64,000 nucleotides of DNA from the human T2T-CHM13v2.0 reference genome, Homo sapiens. The notes under the pieces were generated by a model. The model was not told the origin of the DNA, did not search any database, and worked only from the letters and a program-made list of their open reading frames with translations. The position numbers and the translations under genes are program-made. Shown here piece by piece: positions 1 through 13,995 of this stretch (its first letter is position 1; each line of letters begins with the position of its first letter). The stretch lies in NCBI RefSeq assembly GCF_009914755.1, contig NC_060935.1; one strand, written 5' to 3'.

Positions 1-278
<278 letters not shown>

Positions 279-949
279 TTATAGCTGCTCAGGCTTAGCA
301 TCTGTGAAGGGCACCGGCCCAGCTCCCCATCTGTAGTTTTGCATTTAATTCTTTGGTTTCACGAGCCAGAGAAACAAAATGGCAGGCTGTTGGTGCTCAA
401 AAACACATTATTTTCTCTTTGTATTTTAAAACACCCTAACCACGGGAGGGTCACTTTGTGGTTGGCAGGTTAAGTTGGAATTGCAAATATGCAGGCTCCT
501 ACCTGCTGTGGGCACTTGCTTGTGGGTTTGGGACAGAACAGGCTAGTCATGTGGAGGCAGGTGCTCCCTTCTCTCTGTGGCATCCTGGGAGCTGGCGCCA
601 GCTCATAAGTCACATCTGATGTGCCCATGTTTATAGGAGAGGGAGAGGGAGCACAAGTCAGTGCATTCATTTTTGATGAGTGCACGCAGAGGGAGGAGAC
701 TGGGGCGGTGTGTCTGGAGAAGAGGCACTAATATTTACCAAGCACCTGCAGTGTGCCAGGTGCAGCGTTGGGCAATTTAAATGCTCACCATTTACTCCTC
801 ACATCCTCCTGCGACATCAGTGCTCCATCTCCACAGCAGAGGTGACCTTCGCGGCACCAAACCCAATTTCTCTCCTGGCTTTTTGGGTGTATTCAACACT
901 TGGACCTCTCTCCCTTCTTCAGGAAACATCCCCCTACTCAGCTCCATAA

Positions 950-2280
<1,331 letters not shown>

Positions 2281-3841
2281 TTAAACCAGAGCCACTGTTT
2301 TTCCCCTTTACTTGGGACTTGAAGTTCCTCTGCACTCTGTGGCCACAGTGTACTCTTTGCCATTCCCCTCCTTGCCTTGCTCAGCTGCAAATCACAGGAA
2401 GGTTGGGCGGGGGAGTGTCCCGGAGAACAACTCCTTTTTTTTTTCTGCGTTTGCCTCCCGTGGTTTGCAGGTGGATTTGACCTTGTGTTCCCAAACCATC
2501 TTTGGTGTTAGCACAAAATAGCTCCCTCTCCATAACCTTTCCAGGCTAATGCATCAGAGTCAGATCTGGAAGTCTCTGGCTGATCTGCCAAACTTGATCA
2601 CTGTCATCTCCCTGACCCTGAATGGCTGAGACCAGGGGCCCTATTTTCTTCCTTTTCCTTTTCAGTTCTCAGAGTACTGAGCTGGCTTTGGTGAATATTG
2701 TCTCTTTTAATATTCCCTTTCATATGAGCCTGGCTTACCCAGATTAACATATTTCATTAAGGGCTCTCTCTCCCTTTCTTCATCAAAGGGTTTATGATGC
2801 AAAATATTCTTCTTAAAAATAAGGAAGCGGCTGGGGAGATGTCAGTGCCTTCTGCTCTGTGGGCTGCTTGCTGAGAGGGGACTGGGAATCTTTGGTTTTT
2901 CAGGAGATACATTCACTGTAGAGGGGACGCAGCTTGGAGAAAAGCCACATCTGGAGCGTTTAGCTGCCTGGGCTCAGGAAGCACATCCATTCTGCATCTC
3001 TAATTTTCTCCTTGGATCACACCTTTGAGACCCCCATGACAATCTCTTCACAGCACGGAGAAGAGGCCTCCTGCGTCACAACGACAGCTCACGACATCTC
3101 AACACCAGTCCCTCTGACAGCCACACTCCAGCTCCCACAGAACACCATGCCATGCCAGGCCAGCTCACCCCATGGTGGCCGGCACAGCCCCTACACCAGC
3201 TTGCGCTATGAGGCTGGTGTAGGGGAGGGCCATCCTCAAAGAACCCATCCTTGCTCTGTGCTTGGTGAACAGGGGCGAAATGTGGTGTCTGCATTTTTAA
3301 ATCTGCACAGCGCCATCTGATAGATTTGTGTGGATGGTGCTATTTATCATTCGGCATTCATGTATTATTACTCTGCTGCCTGGGGCCAGGAGAAGTCAGC
3401 ATGAGTGGGATGGCTTAGAAAGGGCAGACTCAGTAATTTCTCTTGGAAAATTAGCATGATGAGCAACATGGCAGAAATCCTGGCAAAGGCACATTTGGGG
3501 CAAAGAAGGTCGGGAGCCGATGGTCAGGACCCAGGATGGGTGTGGCCTGGGGCAGCGGGAAGTGGAGAAGGGAAGCAGAGACACAGGACAGGAATCTGTG
3601 GGAGGTTATCATGTGCCAGGCTGGGTGCTAGGCACCTCCATGTATGTCATCACACTCCCCAAATCCTCATGGCCACCCTGAGAATGAAATGTTACTGTCT
3701 CCATTTTATACATAAGGAGATGCCCAAAGATGTTAAGTACTCGCTAAAGATCATGCAGCTGTGACACTTGGTCAGCCCAAGTCTTCAGCTTTGCCAGTGG
3801 TTCTTGTTCCACTAGTCCACAGGTGCAGGAAGCTGTCCTTA

Positions 3842-3842
<1 letters not shown>

Positions 3843-3892
<50 letters not shown>
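3843..3892. repeat. (CA)~25 microsatellite; (UG)n in the pre-mRNA
   Basis: Seen directly. Confidence 0.98.
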
Positions 3893-3896
<4 letters not shown>

Positions 3897-4013
3897 ACAC
3901 TCTCTCCTTTCTTTGAGTCATCCTCTGTTCCCTTGGATACCTTTTTCAGTTCTCACCTAATACAGTTTGTGGCATATTATACTTGATTGGATAGTGCTTT
4001 GTAATGGTTCTGA

Positions 4014-4015
<2 letters not shown>

Positions 4016-4054
<39 letters not shown>

Positions 4055-4067
4055 TGTGTATGTGTAT
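4016..4067. repeat. (TG)n microsatellite with TA interruptions; (CA)n in the pre-mRNA
   Basis: Seen directly. Confidence 0.97.
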
Positions 4068-6154
4068 ATTCTCACTCCAACTGCATTGTAAGCTCCAAGG
4101 GCAACATTCTGTCTCCTATTTCTTTTTCTTCCTCTACCACATGGCTGGTGCATGATTCTGCAAAAAAAAAATTGGCACTCAGTACATGTGGCTGACTGAC
4201 AGACACATATATTTCAGCCTGCAAGTCCCACAGGACTATAAATTGCTGCACGAGGTATTTGAGTTAGAAGAGACAGAAGAAGTTATATTTATTAAAAGTT
4301 TGCTCTAGCCCCGTGCTATCATAGATGCTTTCTCTCTAATCCTCTAAACAATCCCATGAGGTAGGCATCACCACCCCTACTTCACAGATGGGGAAGCCGT
4401 GCCATGCCCAGGGTCTCTGCTGGCCTCCAGTGATAGCACACTGCAGTTCTCATGGCACTCCTGTTCCTAAATGCCAGGATGTGACAGATGCCTGCCTGGG
4501 TGGGCTGTGCTGGAGCCATCCCACCCAAAGGTGTGGAAAGGACCGGCTGCCTTCTCAGTGCTCTGGGTCCTGTGACTTAGTTCTTTAAGAGTGCAAAGCC
4601 CTTGTGGTAGGCAGAGACTGAAGCTGAGCTTTCATTATCTCTCCCTCCACCTTCCCCACCCATCCTGGCATTCCTAGCTGGGGTGGTCTACCGCAGTTCC
4701 TCATTCTGCAGGGAGCCAGAAGGGCAAGACGTGGATGTGCTGTAAGAATAGCATCTTCCCTTTCCACCTTGCCTTCTGCCTTGCTCTCCAGACGTGTGAT
4801 GTTCTCCACATTGCCCCTGCTGAGGGGTGCCCCAGGAGAGGCTCCCATGCATTAGAGACTGGTCAGTGGAGGGGCTGTGGGCATCAGGGCAGCATGGGGG
4901 AGGAGGAACGGGGGGAGGGGCACGAGCGACAGCCCAGGCATCCACCTCCCATCCCAGATGTGCGCCGGCAGGGAGGCGGTGTGTGCAGTGCCATGAGGGA
5001 TGTCACCCTCTGGACCCAGCCCTTCCTGTTTACTCCTGGGTGGCCTGTGCCCAACCTCAGGGAGCCCTGAGATGTGACATGGACACAGTCAGCCCTTTTG
5101 TCCCCTTTGCCTCATCACATATCCCCAGCTGCAGGGCTGCAATGGCCTCTTTTCTTTTCTCCTGGATACCAATTTCTTCCACTCACATTCATTCTTCTAA
5201 GGCACCATGTTTGCTCAAGTCTCCCCCGGGAGCTCAGACATTGTTAGCGGCTCTCAGTGACCTTCCCCAGCAAAGTGAAAGCTCAGCCCGGACGCCTCCC
5301 TCCCAACCTGGTCCCAAAGCACCTTTGTAGATTTATTGCCCATGAATTGCATCTATGAGCCCTGTGCTAGATCATAGGCCACTTCCTGGTGTGCATTGCA
5401 CCCTCACTTGGTCTCTGTCCTTCGCTTTCTCAAGATCTTGGCCTGTTGCCTTTCAGTACCCAAGACCCATCTCAGTGCAGCATCTACAGGGGACCAGACA
5501 CATGCCTTCCTGGACAACCCCTGTTGGCTGACGCCCCTCCTTGGATCTGTAGCCCTCTTGCACTCAGATTGAACTCCTGGGTGGCTTACCGCAACTCAAC
5601 CGGAAGTGTCTGAGAATACGGTTTGTCTCTGTAGACATGTGTATCAAAGATGACTGACCCAGGTCCCTGGACAGAGTGGCTTCTCAAGGGGTGAATGCAG
5701 CTCAGAGATTTGCTTTCACATGTCCCACTTCAACTCACTCACCAACACTTGCTGAGCATCTACCATGTGGCTGGGCCCTGTGCCAGGTGCTGGAAATGCA
5801 AAGGGAACAGGACTTGGCCAATCAAGAGGAGAGGACAGCCGGCCGGCCAATGGCCACTGCCGTGCTAAGTGGGAGAAGAAGGGTCTGGAAGCTTCAGGAG
5901 AAAACGAAACCTTCCATCTAAGTAAGGACCCACAAGAGGAGTTGAGCTGGTGAGGGAAGGAGACTGAGGAAGACTGAGTAATCTAGATTCTACTGTTTTC
6001 TATGCTTTATTTATAGTTTAATTTGTAATTATTTTGAGGAGTGAATACAGGCTTATGGTATCAAATTCAAAAGGTACAAAGGATCCAGAGTGAGACAGCT
6101 GTTTTCTTCTCACCCTGCTGTGAAGCCACCCAGGTGCACTCTGTTCCCCTCTGA

Positions 6155-6736
<582 letters not shown>

Positions 6737-7098
6737 TGACCTGGCCAAACCCGTGATGCTTCTGATGCCAGAGACAGCCCACAGCCCTGGGTTCAGTGCC
6801 CTTACATGGCTTCAAATCAGACCACCCTTGGGGACCCTGGCCCAGGGACAGTCCTGGAAAGGAGCTGACATCACTACCCATCAACTGGGGGTCTCCATCT
6901 TCCACCCGGACTCCTAGCCCGGCCAGTGTCCCTCCCTTCAGAAGCCACAGCTGCTTGTGCACTGGTGGGTGCTTGTGTGTCTAGCTTGGATGGGCAGCCC
7001 TAAGGCTCAGGGGCTCTCCTCCCAGAGGGCACAGGCAGGACACGTGGCACAAGGGGCCATGGCAGGCCACGCTGTCACCCTCCTGGCCCAGCGCCTAC

Positions 7099-7227
7099 CT
7101 GATTTGTTCTTGTATTCAATGTCGAAGCCCGTGATGATGCTGTTCCCGTCGAATCGCTGGGTCCAGCGCAGGTTCATGCTCCGGGCCTTCACCTCCCGGA
7201 TCTCCAGCTCTGGGGGGTCGGGGGGCT
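7099..7227 (-). CDS. DSCAML1: Exon 14 (129 nt, phase 1-1), N-half of first FN3 domain
   Basis: Acceptor caccctag|AGCCC, donor TCAG|gtaggc; [43 protein letters not shown]. Confidence 0.96.
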
Positions 7228-7829
7228 CTAGGGTGCGGCAGTGGAGGGGAGGGAAGTGAGGAGGGCAGCAGGGAGCTTGGCCTCCTGCTTGGCTCTGAGG
7301 ATTGGCATCACCTGGGTCTAGCCAAGGACTCTGGCACCCTAGGGTTTGAGCAGGGTGGGGGCTGGAGGAGGCCGGCAGCCAGGCTTGGAGGCTGAGGAGG
7401 CCTGGCTTGCTCTCCTGTCTTGCTGCCATCTTGTTCTTGGCCTGGGAGAGGGCTGACTCTTCTGCAGGGATTCCTGTTAGCTGACGGCATTTTTCCCCTT
7501 CCAACTTCCCCAGCTTGACTTTCCCTTCCCACACCTGCTGCAGGGGCCTGGACCCAGGAACCTGACTCCCCCACCCCTCCCCAGAAGGGTCAGTGGAATC
7601 TATAGCGGCTGTAGCCATTGCAAACTTTTGCTGTTTAAGTTCCTGGAAAGGTCTTATTTCCCTACTCTGGGCAGGAGGGCAGGTGGAGGGAGGCTTTTCC
7701 CCAGAAGGCAGTTTCCTGTCATCCTCCACCATGGCGTAGGCTGTGGCCCCTGCTCTTTGAGGTGGAGTTAGCGGTGGGCCCCTGGGCCCTGGGGAGGTGG
7801 GATGGGAAGGGTGGGGCAGGTGAAGGTAC

Positions 7830-7926
7830 CTTGCACAGTGAGTTGGATCAAGCCCCGGTCCTCCCCATACGAGTTGATGGCATGGCAGCTGAAGAACACA
7901 GAGTCCCCACGGTCAGCGGGCTTGAG
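7830..7926 (-). CDS. DSCAML1: Exon 13 (97 nt, phase 0-1), C-part of Ig9; absent from the ORF track
   Basis: Read directly: acceptor tctcccag|CTCAAG, donor CAAG|gtacct; [32 protein letters not shown]. Supplies the second Ig9 Cys and restores phase. Confidence 0.94.
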
Positions 7927-8115
7927 CTGGGAGACCACCAGCAGGGGCAGGAGAGGGAGTAAACAGGGAGAGTCTTTTAGAGCTGGTCAGCTGAAGGGGT
8001 CACTCCAGGGCTCTCAGCAAGGCCCTCTTGTTCTGGGAGGGGGACCCACAGGGGCTTTGTCAAGGGCTTCTCTTCCCAGGGACTTCCAAAGATGGAAGTA
8101 TGGAGGGCTTCATAC

Positions 8116-8340
8116 AGGGAGGGGCTGGGGGACACCAGAGGGAGAGAGGGGCTGAGGAGTCCTAGGGGAGTGGGAGGGGCTGAGGGGGTCCCAGGGGAGT
8201 GGGAGGGGCTGAGGGGGTCCCAGGGGAGTAGGAGGGGCTGAGGGGGGGGTCCAGGAGAGTGGGAGGGGCTGAGGGGGGAGTCCAGGAGAGTGGGAAGGGC
8301 TGAGAGATCCAGGAGAGAGGGAGGGGCTGAGGGGTCCCAA
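8116..8340. repeat. G-rich minisatellite, about 8 copies of ~29-31 bp (GGGAGGGGCTGAGGGGGTCCCAGGGGAGT), intron 12
   Basis: Recurring ggaggggctga core at ~29-31 nt spacing. Confidence 0.9.
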
Positions 8341-8618
8341 AAGGGAGAATGGAGCCCTGGGGGTTCCAGAAAAGAAGGTGGGACTGAAGAAACCACATTT
8401 GATTGCTGTGGGGTTGTCAGAAAGGAGATACAGTGAAGTTCTGAGACACAGATTCCTGGATGGAGAGGGGAAATAGGTGGGAAAGGGGAGGTACATTTTT
8501 GGGGTGTGGGGAGGGGCTCCCAGGCTCCCCATTTGCCTCCTGGATGCAGATGTGATAGCTGCGGGCTCCCCACTCTCTGAGAGTTGGGGTCCCCCAGCAC
8601 TGAGGTGGGGGTGCTCAC

Positions 8619-8818
8619 CTTCAGTGTGGAGACGACCTCGTCGCCGTTGTCCTTGGTGGCGATGGCATACCGCATGACGCGGTCAGGGTCGATGACTGTG
8701 TCCCCCTTCTCCCAGCGGATGATGATGGGCCGCTCACCCCGTGCCGTGCAGTTTAGCTCCTTCGCATGGCCCTTGATGGCGATGGTGGTGTTGGGGTGGG
8801 AAGTGATCATGGCCGGGA
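8619..8818 (-). CDS. DSCAML1: Exon 12 (200 nt, phase 1-0), N-part of Ig9
   Basis: Acceptor cccccag|TCCCG, donor GAAG|gtgagc; IPAMITSHPN...LNCTARGERPIIIRWEKGD...VVSTLK. Confidence 0.96.
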
Positions 8819-9059
8819 CTGGGGGGCGGAGGCAGAGAAGGCCCAGTGAAGGTCGGGAGACCAGCCTGGAGGAGGCACGCGTGCCCTGCGCAGAAGCCCC
8901 CGCCCCAGCCCTCCTCCCCCAGGAGAGGCTCCAATAAAGGAGTACAGGGAACCCCACTGGCCTGTCCCTTCTCCCACATCCATCCATGACTGGGGCAGCC
9001 TCCCTCTTCACCGGGGGTCCCACATTCCTCTTCTGGGGAGGGAGTGGCCTGTGCTCAGA

Positions 9060-9522
9060 ATGCTTTTACAGGTATGCCATACATAGAACTATAAAGGAAA
9101 CCACTTGTATTGAAATATGGTTATGCAAATATTAAAAACATGAACAAGCAAACCTTCGATATCGTATATCACCTATCAGTATGTGTTCTTTACTACTCTT
9201 TACAAAATAAGATCCAGTGGTAGCTCGTATAATTGCTGTCTTATATTACCATGATCCTGTAATAGTGCTGCGTATAAGTGATATTTTGAGATATTTGCAA
9301 TCACTGTGATGTGATGGGAGCATATCCGAGGATTTCTGCTGGTGACAGTCACGGGGCTGCTATTGCTGCATTCTGTCGCTTATGTTCAAAATGGAAGGAA
9401 TACTAAATTTCAGTTAGAAGTTAGTGAAAAAATGTGATTTTCCCTCCTCCCACATTCATGGATCCCCCTGAATCAGATCTATAGAGCTTCTAGCGGCCTC
9501 TGGACCCCAGGTTAAGAACCCT
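9060..9522. mobile_element. hAT-Charlie-family DNA transposon remnant (subfamily uncertain)
   Basis: AT-rich block ending ggaccccaggttaagaaccc, with aaatttcagttagaagttagtgaaaa; matches recalled Charlie/MER termini. Confidence 0.55.
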
Positions 9523-10074
9523 TCTTGAAAGCACCAAGGCTCTGCTTTTTCTCTATAGCTAAGGCTTGTTTATCTCCCTCCTGTTCCTTCAAACAAGATA
9601 CAAAGGAAAACCCTGGACACCACTACAAGAAGTAAGATCCACAAGCAGTGCTAACAGGACTGAGAAAATCACCACCAAACAACCAGGGCCCAGGCTGGTC
9701 ATCGGAAGCCCCCGTCCCTACTGCTCAGACAAGAAGCCTGTCAATCACCGGCCCCTCCTCTGGGCCTGAGCACCTGCGGCAGCAGCAGGAGGCAAGGGGC
9801 AGGGGAAAAATGGTCTCAGCTGCAGCGAAACCCTGTCCCCTTTCTCCTCCGCCCAACTCAATGAACACACATGGGGCACTTATGCCATCATGAGACCTCG
9901 TGCCAGGCTGGGGGGTACGCATGACAATGAGACAGGGTCCTTGCCTCTGGAGGGAGGGGAAGACAGATACCTGCACCGGCAACATGAACTGGAGGAAAAT
10001 CTGATGAGTGTTTCATCAAAGGGTTAGGAGACATTAACTTTGACTGAGGGGCATCAGGGAAAGCATAGTCCATC

Positions 10075-10380
10075 CATTCAGCAAGGATTCATTGAGACCT
10101 TCTATGTGCCAGGTCTTGTCCCGGGTTCTGGAGCTGACAGTGAATAGGACAAACATGGCGTGATCTCATGTTTGAAACTCCTATGATCTCAGGGAGTTTC
10201 ACTCTAGTGGTGAGAACAGACAAGACTAGCAATTTCAGTGAAGAGTGGTGAGTCCTATGCTGGGAGAAATGCACGGCCCCTGACCCAGCAAGACTTAAAT
10301 GGGGAGAGCAGAGGGAAGGGCGCCCAGGCAGGAGAATCTGCTTGAGCCAAGGCTCCAAGGCAGACATAGGCGGGGCAGGT
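10075..10380 (-). mobile_element. L2 3'-end remnant
   Basis: cattcagc..attgagaccttctatgtgccagg..cagtgaataggacaaac. Confidence 0.6.
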
Positions 10381-11540
10381 CCCAGGAAGGTCAGTGATTT
10401 GGTGCTGCTGGAGACTACCCTTGTCCTTTTCTTCTCTGGGAAAATTTGCCTTCCAGTGGCTCTTGTCTCAGGAGGGATGCCCAGGAGCCATCCTGGAGTA
10501 TATAAATGGGGAGGGGCTGTCACTGGCTGCAAGAATCGGAAACCCCCCACCCCCATTCAGGGGAATACCTCTTGTCACAGCAGAGACCAGCTCACCCTAT
10601 CCTGGTCACTGGCCTGCTTTGGGCAATCGTGCAAAAAGGGGCTTTGTCTTCTCTGTCCTCAAAACCCAGTTCCCTGCCCGCCCCCCGCCCCTGCCCCCCG
10701 CCCCTGCCCCGGCACCGTGTCTCTGCTCCATTTCAACAGCTGGCCCTTTCTCCTCCTTGCTTCCGGGTATTCTCAGGGTTTTTCTCTCTCCTAGTTTTAA
10801 AGGCCTGCTCAGGCAAAGTTGTTCCCAGCAAACTCTCCAGGGACATCTGACTTTTATGGACAAATAAGCCTTTGAAGAAATGAGGGGAGCCACAGAGCTG
10901 CCACGGTGCCATCTGACACCAGTCCGTGGGTGAGGAGGCGTCTGGGACAGGAGTAGGGTGGATGAAGGGAGGTTTCAGGCTCCCCGAAGTCACACCACAC
11001 AGCAAGCCACCTCCTCTGCTGCCTTGTCATGCAGGACTTGATGCTGACGACAGCCCTGGCCTCCAGGCCCCCGCACCAGCCTCTCAGCACATTCCCCAGC
11101 CCCAGCTCATCAAATAATGAAGCAGATAAATTTTATAATGCACGGCATTACACTAGGATATACAATAAAATGCAAAAGACAAATAACGAGGTGCAAGTTA
11201 TAATGAAGAAAAAGCCTGCAGTCAGAGACATCCGAGTATGAATTATTGACTAAGGTTTTACACTCTCAAGGATGTGCGGAGGAATATTTTTCCATCAAAG
11301 ATTTGCATAATTCACTCGTATAAACCTGGGTGGAATATAGAGTAAGATTTTACACCAACAAGTCAGGACTTGCATTGCAGATGCCTCCATTTTTTACTGG
11401 AGAATTGAGCTCGGGTGTCGGGGAGGCTCGTAAGCGGACTGGGGACTGGGACCCCCATGGGTCGGGCCCTGAGGCCTCCTTCCTGGGGAGGAATCCTGTT
11501 CCTGAGAGGTTGCTGCTGAAGCCACAGAGAAGCAGAGGAA

Positions 11541-11542
<2 letters not shown>

Positions 11543-11586
<44 letters not shown>
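11543..11586. repeat. (TG)~22 microsatellite
   Basis: Seen directly. Confidence 0.98.
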
Positions 11587-11588
<2 letters not shown>

Positions 11589-12855
11589 GTGGGGCTGGGA
11601 GGGTCTTTCTTTGGTAGGAGGACTTCACAGTTCTGCAGCACACCTCTGTTCTGTTCTCCAGGCAGGCCTGCACTAACCCTTCCAGGACCTGTGTGTGAAT
11701 TACAAAGGCACCCCCACCATGCCTCTGGCTGGGTGCTGCCTGGTGCCGGGAGCCACAGCTTGGCCAATGAAGCAGGGACCATGTTTCAGACCCCATTCAC
11801 CCCTGAGGCTATGTACTTTTGAGCAGTGCACAACCTGTGTATCCATACATGCCATTCCCACTTCAGGGAACCTGCCTTTCTAGTCAGCTTTGTTCAGCCC
11901 TGTGGGCAGCCAGGGACAGCAGGGTCCCCAGGGATCCTTGGCCCCTCAGCCCTTCTGTGTGTGGTAACAACCATACCTGGAGCCTGAGACAGGGTCCCTT
12001 CACCCTTCCACCAGCTTAGGATGGCAATGAGCATCACACACCACAACTCTTACAGTCCCCTAGCTCAGGGCTAGTTCAGGGGAGCCCGTTCATGAGGAAG
12101 AGGAGAGAAGCTTGAGGGGCTTGGGGCCAGGCCAGCCTGGGATCTGCTTCTGTGGCTGCGAGCTATGTGGCCTTCCACCCCTTAAAGCTAACTTCTGTGA
12201 GCCCCACGGAGCATTGTGAGGACAAAGTGAACCCACATATGTAAACTGCCTGCCACACAGCACTTGCTTAAGAAACCTGGATTCTAGTCCTATCCCCAAG
12301 GGGTTCCATCAAGACAGGAGCTCTTTTTTATAGAAACGTGTGACGTGCAACATAGATTATTGCCTTTCATTTTGTGTGTCAGGACAAGGGTCTTTTTGGG
12401 TAGAGGAAAAAAGCCTAGGTCTGTGGCCTGAAGACAGACTGTGGTACTGAAAGCAAATGTCAGAGAATGTGGTCCTAGGCAAAAGAGGACCTGGCCAGAG
12501 TCAACCTCCATTGAAGTGTCAAAAGTGGCTCTTCTTGGCCTGGCCAATGGTTCCTTGTGTCATAGGCTACACCTACTGGTGTCAGCCAGCGCTGGCCGGT
12601 CCTAGCTTGATAACCAGAACCCCACTGGGCTGGTATAATTAGCCCCTGAATTCAAAACAACTGGGTGCCAGGTAATAAGGACTACCTCACATGTACAAGT
12701 GGCAGGGAAAAGGGTGTGTGGCTTGACATGCATTACCAGACTCCATGGAAAAGGCTCAAAGAAAAAACTAGGTCAGAAGTCATTTTGTTTTCCATCCTCG
12801 CCAGCGCAAGTGAATGCAATCAGCCAATTAGCTAAACTGGGTCTGCTGAACTCCC

Positions 12856-13114
12856 AAAATGGCGGATGGGAAAGTGGCGGATGGGAAAGTGGCGGATGGG
12901 AAAGTGGCGGATGTGAAAATGGCAGATGTGAAAGTAGCGGATGTGAAAGTAGCGGATGTGAAAATGGCGGATGTGATAATGGCGGATGTGAAAGTGGCGG
13001 ATGTGAAAATGGCGGATGTGAAAGTGGCGGATGGGAAAGTGGCGGATGTGAAAATGGCGGATGTGAAAGTGGCAGATATGAAAGTAGTGGATGTGAAAAT
13101 GGTGGATGTGAAAG
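12856..13114. repeat. Minisatellite, 17 full copies of a 15-bp unit AAA(G/A)TGGCGGATG(T/G)G, intron 11
   Basis: Units start every 15 nt from 12856 to 13096, with a partial unit at 13111. Confidence 0.97.
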
Positions 13115-13374
13115 GCGCATGTCTCAGGCAAGAAGGAAAGCAGAGACCTGGTGCAGTAAGATGGATGTATATCCTTCCATGGGAATACTGCCAGCTTCCT
13201 TCCAGGCCTTGCCCCTAAAAGTTAATCTGGGAAGTGCAAGACTGTATAAGACCCATGTCTGTTACTCCTACAAGTTCAGAAAATACACGTGTACAAGTTA
13301 CTGGCTTCAGGTGTTACTTGCCAGGTGATTCCACAGAATCCTAGCATCCTAGCATTGCAGAGCCCAGATGAAGA

Positions 13375-13995
<621 letters not shown>

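Noticed and set aside
6745-6770. Short resemblance (cccgtgatg) to exon 14 suggesting a duplicated exon
   Set aside because: Only ~9 nt match, with no flanking similarity or splice sites.
7977-9023. 348-aa ORF and other long ORFs overlapping exons (e.g. 7007-7732, 31101-31850, 51336-52055)
   Set aside because: These are true exons plus intronic read-through, including Pro/Ser-rich minisatellite translation, and not independent genes.
12856-13114. CRISPR-like array
   Set aside because: The units are contiguous with no unique spacers, there are no cas genes, and the DNA is primate.
12699-13328. 209-aa ORF with GGCES/GGWES repeats (and other open frames) resembling a Cys/Gly-rich protein
   Set aside because: This is a by-product of a 15-bp unit that lacks stops in several frames on both strands. 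There is no supported start or splice context, and it is antisense within an intron.
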